DNA of 64,000 nucleotides from Octopus vulgaris (Eukaryota). A program made the translations under genes and the position numbers. The notes under the pieces were generated by a model. The model worked only from the letters and a program-made list of their open reading frames with translations. It searched no databases and had not been told where the DNA came from. Location: contig OX597823.1 in NCBI GenBank assembly GCA_951406725.2, forward strand, positions 24,800,001 through 24,864,000, in the 5' to 3' direction. This document shows positions 1-64,000 of the stretch, piece by piece. Position 1 is the stretch's first letter; every line of letters starts with the position of its first letter.

Positions 1-1151
1 TCTGATTTGGCAGTGTTTCTACAGCTGGATGCCATTCCTAACGCCAACCACTCCGTGATTATAATAATTATAATAAATGCAATTAATATCAATGATGGGT
101 TTCTTTTAATTTATTCACAAGACCAAAAATTTTTGATGGCAGGTGTTTAGTCTTTACGCTTGACTTCAGTACTTGACTGGTACTGAATTTTATCAATCCC
201 CAAATGGATAACAGACAAAGTTGACCTTTTCTGGATTTGAACTCAGAAAATAAAAAGCTTGAATACATAATGCAACAGCTTCTTGTCAATGTTCTAACGA
301 TTCTTTGAGTGAACAATTCTTAATAATAAAAATGATAATAACAATTATTAACATATAATTGCAGATGACATACATTTTAAAAGGGATGATGGTGATGGTG
401 ATGGTGATGTCAATGACAGCAATAATGACAACAATGATGTCATTTACAATAATGATAATGATGCAATTCTACTGATACAGGAGTACTTCTCTCTAGGGCT
501 TATAAAGTAATCCCATGGTCCAACATCACTATGTTCACTGAGTAGATATGTCCTCACCAATTGTCATCCTCTGATCTCCAACCTTATACAGATTTGTCCA
601 AATAACTCTTGTAAATTTTGCCACTTACACACACTTTTCAATGAATTTACCCTTCCCACCTTCACTTTTATTTACAAGTGAAACTTTGCAAGATGATGAT
701 TTAATAACCAAATATAAAAGTCACAGCTGTTTCTAGACATTTCAAACTTATCCGCCTCCAACTTACTTTTTTACAGCTTCATTAATATAACATCATAAAT
801 TCTAGATCTATGATAGAATGCACTCAGTATATTCCATAATATGTTTAGTAAATGAGTACTGAGATCACAGTGTTGAGAAGAACTTTATTCTTGTCTTGAC
901 CGCAATATGATGACAATTTATGAAATGCTGGTGCCATAATTAAATACACCTTATACACTCTGTAAAGTAGTTGGTGTTCAGAAAGGGATCCAGCCAAGAA
1001 AGTATGCCAAAATAAAACATACAAGTGAGAAGTGACCCTCAATTCTGACCAGAGTGTGAAGGGCAGTAACTTTGAATAAAAACTGACCCAGATGCTGTCC
1101 AGTCTTATCCAGCATCATGGAAAGTGGACATAAAATGATAATGACAATATA

Positions 1152-1969
1152 TCTATATATATAAAACTCAACTTGTGTGTGTGTGTGTCTGTGTGTTTAA
1201 CTTCCCAGCACATCTCCTCCTAGCCAACAAATCGTAGAACCACCAAAAATGGGTCACTTAAAGTTTAGGCGAATGAAAATTGAACTGTGCTATTTCTGTT
1301 CCGAAATTCATCTCACTAGTGCAAAAATCGATAATGTGCTTGTTTAGGCCTTATCCCATGCATTGAATAGTGAACTTTACTCACTCAGCTGTTTGACATG
1401 AACTGTGTTCATCACACGTGCAAGCATGCGTAAAATGCATGAAAAATAAAAAATCAAGATATAAAAACTAATCGCTGTAAACATTGTAGAAATTCGGCAA
1501 AGAAATGAATTTTCGGGATGTAGCCTGAAGGGTTTTTTCGTATTAATCGTTTGGACTTTGTGAACACATACCAATTGTTTTCATAACATTTTTAACGCTT
1601 TGAATTAAATGTGACCATTTTGCGTTGAGTCTGCAGTTTGAATCACTTTAACCAAATTTTAGCAGGCCGGATTTTTGATCATCATGATACATCACCAGCG
1701 ACTCCCTGAAACTCTCCTCTGAAATCCCCGTTGAGAAATACTGATCTAAAAGAATAATTCAACAATGCAATTATTTGATCAACAAAAATTTATGAAATGC
1801 TTCTACGTACTTCCTATTGAGGAAATGGAACACATAAGCGCAAAAAAGAGGGCATTAAATGCTTGATTTTAAAACAAAATAATTGAATTTTGATTGAACT
1901 TCATCCCAGTTTAGCTTAATTCGTGCGTGCATAGAATGCACGAGCGCACGAGCCGGGCAATACTGCTAG
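1152..1969 (+). mobile_element. Non-autonomous Helitron-like element
   Basis: A|TCTATATATATAAAA 5' end, GC-rich hairpin at 1921-1951, CTAG|T 3' end; absent at the paralogous site ~39610. Confidence 0.7.
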
Positions 1970-1970
1970 T

Positions 1971-2150
1971 ATCATCATCGTCGTTTAACGTCCGTTCTCC
2001 ATGCTTGCATGGGTTGGACGGTTCGACCGGGGTTCTGGGAAGCCAGAAGGCTGCACCAGGCTCCAGTCTAAATTTGGCAATGTTTCTACAGCTGGATGCC
2101 CTTCCTAACGCCAACCACTCCGTGAGTGTAGTGGGTGCTTTTTACGTGCC
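1971..2150 (-). mobile_element. RTE-3'-end-derived short retroposon with (GAT)n tail
   Basis: Reverse complement of 22500-22695; related copies at 1-55, 4150-4340, 16535-16720 and 62902-63046 (-), and 8712-9105 (+). Confidence 0.8.
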
Positions 2151-2219
2151 ATATATATGTATATGTACATACATGTTTTGTATGCACACACAGGTATTTT
2201 TTTGTGTGAGTGTGTGTAT

Positions 2220-3075
2220 TTCATCATCATTATTATTTCAAATCCATGTTTCATGCTGACATGGGGTTGGACAGTTTGGCAAGATCCAATGGGTCCAATG
2301 AGTCATTGTCCTCCAATGTCTGCTTCAACATGGTGTCTATGACTGGATGTCCTTCCTAACACTAACTATTTAACAATATCTACAGGGAGATTTTTTTTCA
2401 TATTACCAATACTATTGAACTTGCCAAGTAACTTACAAAACTATGAACTTCAACGGAAAGTTGGGGCTTCTTTATGTTAGGAAATGAGGGACTAAAGTGT
2501 GAGAGAAGGGGATAGTGGGTCAGAGCAGATACTGTAGAAAAGCTACACATTTACTAACATTTATTAAGTAGGAGAGAATGATTAGTTGGAGCTGCAAGTA
2601 GATAGATAGTAGAGATGAACTGTCCAGGTAATCCCTGAAAGTAAGTAGAAATGGGTGGTGGGTATGTAAGATTGTATAGAGTAGAGAGGATGGGGAGGCA
2701 GAATGCAACAGTAAAACACTAGGTAGTGTTGAAAAACAATGACTGATCATGCATAAGTTGGGGAAGAGAAGGGGATGCAGAAGAGAGCAGGTAGTGTGTA
2801 GAGTAACAGGATAATAATGATAAAGTTTACAAAGGGAGAACAGGAGAGAGATGACAGAATGCATCTACAATTTCTTGGTAACAGAAACCACAAACAACCT
2901 CTAGGGAACCTCCTGAGCATTTGAGGAAGTCCAGTTCCTGTGTATTTATTGCATCTGCACATCTGTCACGTACAAAGACTTCTTTCTTTGTCAACATTCC
3001 TGTGATTCCAGTGTACCTCTGATGTGTCCACTGGGTACACCATATGGAATTCCTACCTTTCCTATATATTGAGCA
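2220..3075 (-). mobile_element. Old, deleted RTE LINE remnant (PHD segment, pyrimidine-rich segment, tail)
   Basis: Minus ORF KGRNSIWCTQWTHQRY...VFVRDRC matches the RTE PHD region; the same remnant occurs at ~39950-40430. Confidence 0.65.
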
Positions 3076-3131
3076 GAGTACACACATAATATACATGCAG
3101 TATTGATATCAATGACCGTTCTCAATTTCAG

Positions 3132-61575
<58,444 letters not shown>

Positions 61576-61664
61576 GTCAGTAGAGTGTTTTTATTTTTTT
61601 GCTTTGTGTGCTTGCATGTATATGTGTTTGCATGTATTTACATATACATGCAGATGTGTCTATA

Positions 61665-61707
<43 letters not shown>

Positions 61708-61716
61708 TTATTATTA

Positions 61717-62190
<474 letters not shown>

Positions 62191-62377
62191 GAATGAATGA
62201 GTTATCCTTTGTTTACCGTTAACTTGGAAAATTCAATAAACAGTTACCAGGGTAGCAAAATTCATGCAAGTAACCCGGATGAAGTGACCTATTCAAAGGT
62301 AGAAACTCCGGGTTAATGTGCAGTAATTTTTGTAGTATAAGTAAATAAATGGAGTTGAACGAAGATGTTATTAAAAT

Positions 62378-62474
62378 TCTTTTACTTTCGACATATGTTT
62401 CGAAGCCAACATTGGTTTTATTCCAAAGGAATAAACGATGTAAAATGCAATCTTCTCATCAGGAAAGAAAAAGA
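62378..62474 (-). ncRNA. Type I hammerhead ribozyme (Penelope-type) with intact core
   Basis: Minus strand: tctttttctttc CTGATGA gaag..loop..cttc GAAA catatg TC gaaagtaaaaga; GUC site; palindromic stem III. Confidence 0.8.
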
Positions 62475-62669
62475 GCCTATCTCAACAACAAGACATTATA
62501 ACAATTACGATGACTGCCTAAGACACTCAGTTACGATTGTAATTAACAGACAAATATGCGTGTGTGTAAATAAATTCACATGCACGCATATTTGTCTGTT
62601 AATTACAATCATAACTGTTAAAATATTAACATATAGAAATTGTTATTGTATTATAATAAAGTTATCAAG

Positions 62670-62765
62670 AGTCCTGACGATTGGGGTTGCAGTTAAAACA
62701 TGTTCCTGTAAAAGACTGATGGTCTAAGGAATGTTAAACGCACCTCATGAAACACGTGTAGAAGA
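62670..62765 (+). ncRNA. Hammerhead-like motif with weak stem I
   Basis: tc CTGACGA ttggggttgc...gcacctcat GAAA cacgtg TA ga. Confidence 0.5.
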
Positions 62766-62867
62766 GAAATTTAGAACAGATTAGTAAGTATTTAAATAAA
62801 ATTCTATGATATGGTGTGATGTATATTAGGATTTGATGAATTGCATGGGGACTTCTATCTCTAAATA

Positions 62868-62905
<38 letters not shown>

Positions 62906-63053
62906 TCATCATCATCATCATCATTTAGCGTCCGCTTTCCATGCTAGCATGGGTTGGACGGTTCAACTGGGGTCTAGGAGGCCAGAAGGCTGCACCAGGC
63001 CCAGTCTGATCTGGCAATGTTTCTACGGCTGGATGCCCTTCCTAATGTTTGTA

Positions 63054-63089
<36 letters not shown>

Positions 63090-63125
63090 TATATGTATAT
63101 GTGTGTGTGTATGTATGTATGTATG

Positions 63126-63175
<50 letters not shown>

Positions 63176-63229
63176 GTTGTCTGAAAATGTCATCATGGTA
63201 TTATTTACTGATGAGACGTGGTGTTGTAG

Positions 63230-63900
63230 CTAGGACACTATATAATGAAATCCATTAGAAGGATAACCCCAAGGATAAAGAAATAAGAACCCACAGTGAG
63301 ATAGAAGCCATAGCCACTCATAATAAAAGGGAGTACTGGTGGAATGTCCCAGTGAAGACCTCAATAAAATATAAGCACAACAGACCTGATATAATGATTT
63401 GGGATAGAGAACAGAAACTGTGTGCAGTTGTGAAAATTAGCTGCCCAGCATAAAGCTGAAGATCAATGAAAAGGAGAAAACCTACACTGAACTATTGAGA
63501 AATCTGCAGTTACTCTATCCAGATTACAAGTTCAGGTTTATACCTGTAATTAATAGGGTCGCACTCTGCCTAAATACCAATCTTCAGAAATTAGGCTTCT
63601 CAAAACCAGGAAGGAGAAAGCTGATTCAAAAACTACAGATCAAATCCATCACTGGAACAGTAAAACTCTGTAAATCTTTCCAGAAGTTTGTCGTTTAAAT
63701 ATATATGAATGTGTCTAGATATGCAACTATATGCATGAGAATACATACATTAAACAAAACATAGAAATCTGCACATATACATACATACATGCATACAAAA
63801 ACACCTTGCTGTTGATGTTGAAATTCCAATGAAGAAGCCTTAGATCTAGGTTAGAAACCGGCTCTTTATTGGCATGAAATCTTGAAATAACACTGAATAA
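63230..63900 (+). mobile_element. 3' remnant of an RLE-type non-LTR retrotransposon
   Basis: RPDIMIWDREQK, YKFRFIPVI and ITGTVKLCK motifs followed by a 3' UTR-like segment. Confidence 0.65.
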
Positions 63901-63923
63901 TGATATACAAACATGCATACATT

Positions 63924-63981
<58 letters not shown>

Positions 63982-64000
63982 TACTTACATGTATTATATC

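Noticed and set aside
63820-63870. Hammerhead-like ccaatga...gaaaccgg motif (also ctgctga...gaaacata at ~23108-23150)
   Set aside because: Core positions are mutated and the stems are unconvincing.

Overview
AT-rich, microsatellite-laden eukaryotic DNA. The repeat content suggests a coleoid cephalopod, probably Octopus; this is an inference and was not searched. The whole window lies inside one + strand gene whose start and end are not visible. I can splice 16 exons (3387 nt, ~1129 codons, no stops), each encoding exactly one 4-Cys extracellular module: a compact Sushi/CCP domain or one of two PAN/Apple subtypes (PAN-A, PAN-B). All exons are phase 1-1 and multiples of 3. They are arranged as [CCP-PANA-PANB]x3-CCP, and that 10-exon block (~37.4 kb, introns included) is itself tandemly repeated. 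Paralogous exons show many amino-acid changes while all Cys stay invariant. The introns hold three large RTE LINE copies whose RT carries an embedded PHD finger, Tx1/L1, R4/Dong and Gypsy remnants, mariners, Helitron-like elements, SINEs, foldbacks, a ~4.3 kb AT-rich palindromic array and several Penelope-type hammerhead ribozyme motifs, one of which looks intact. All coordinates and counts were made by hand; TE boundaries are approximate.
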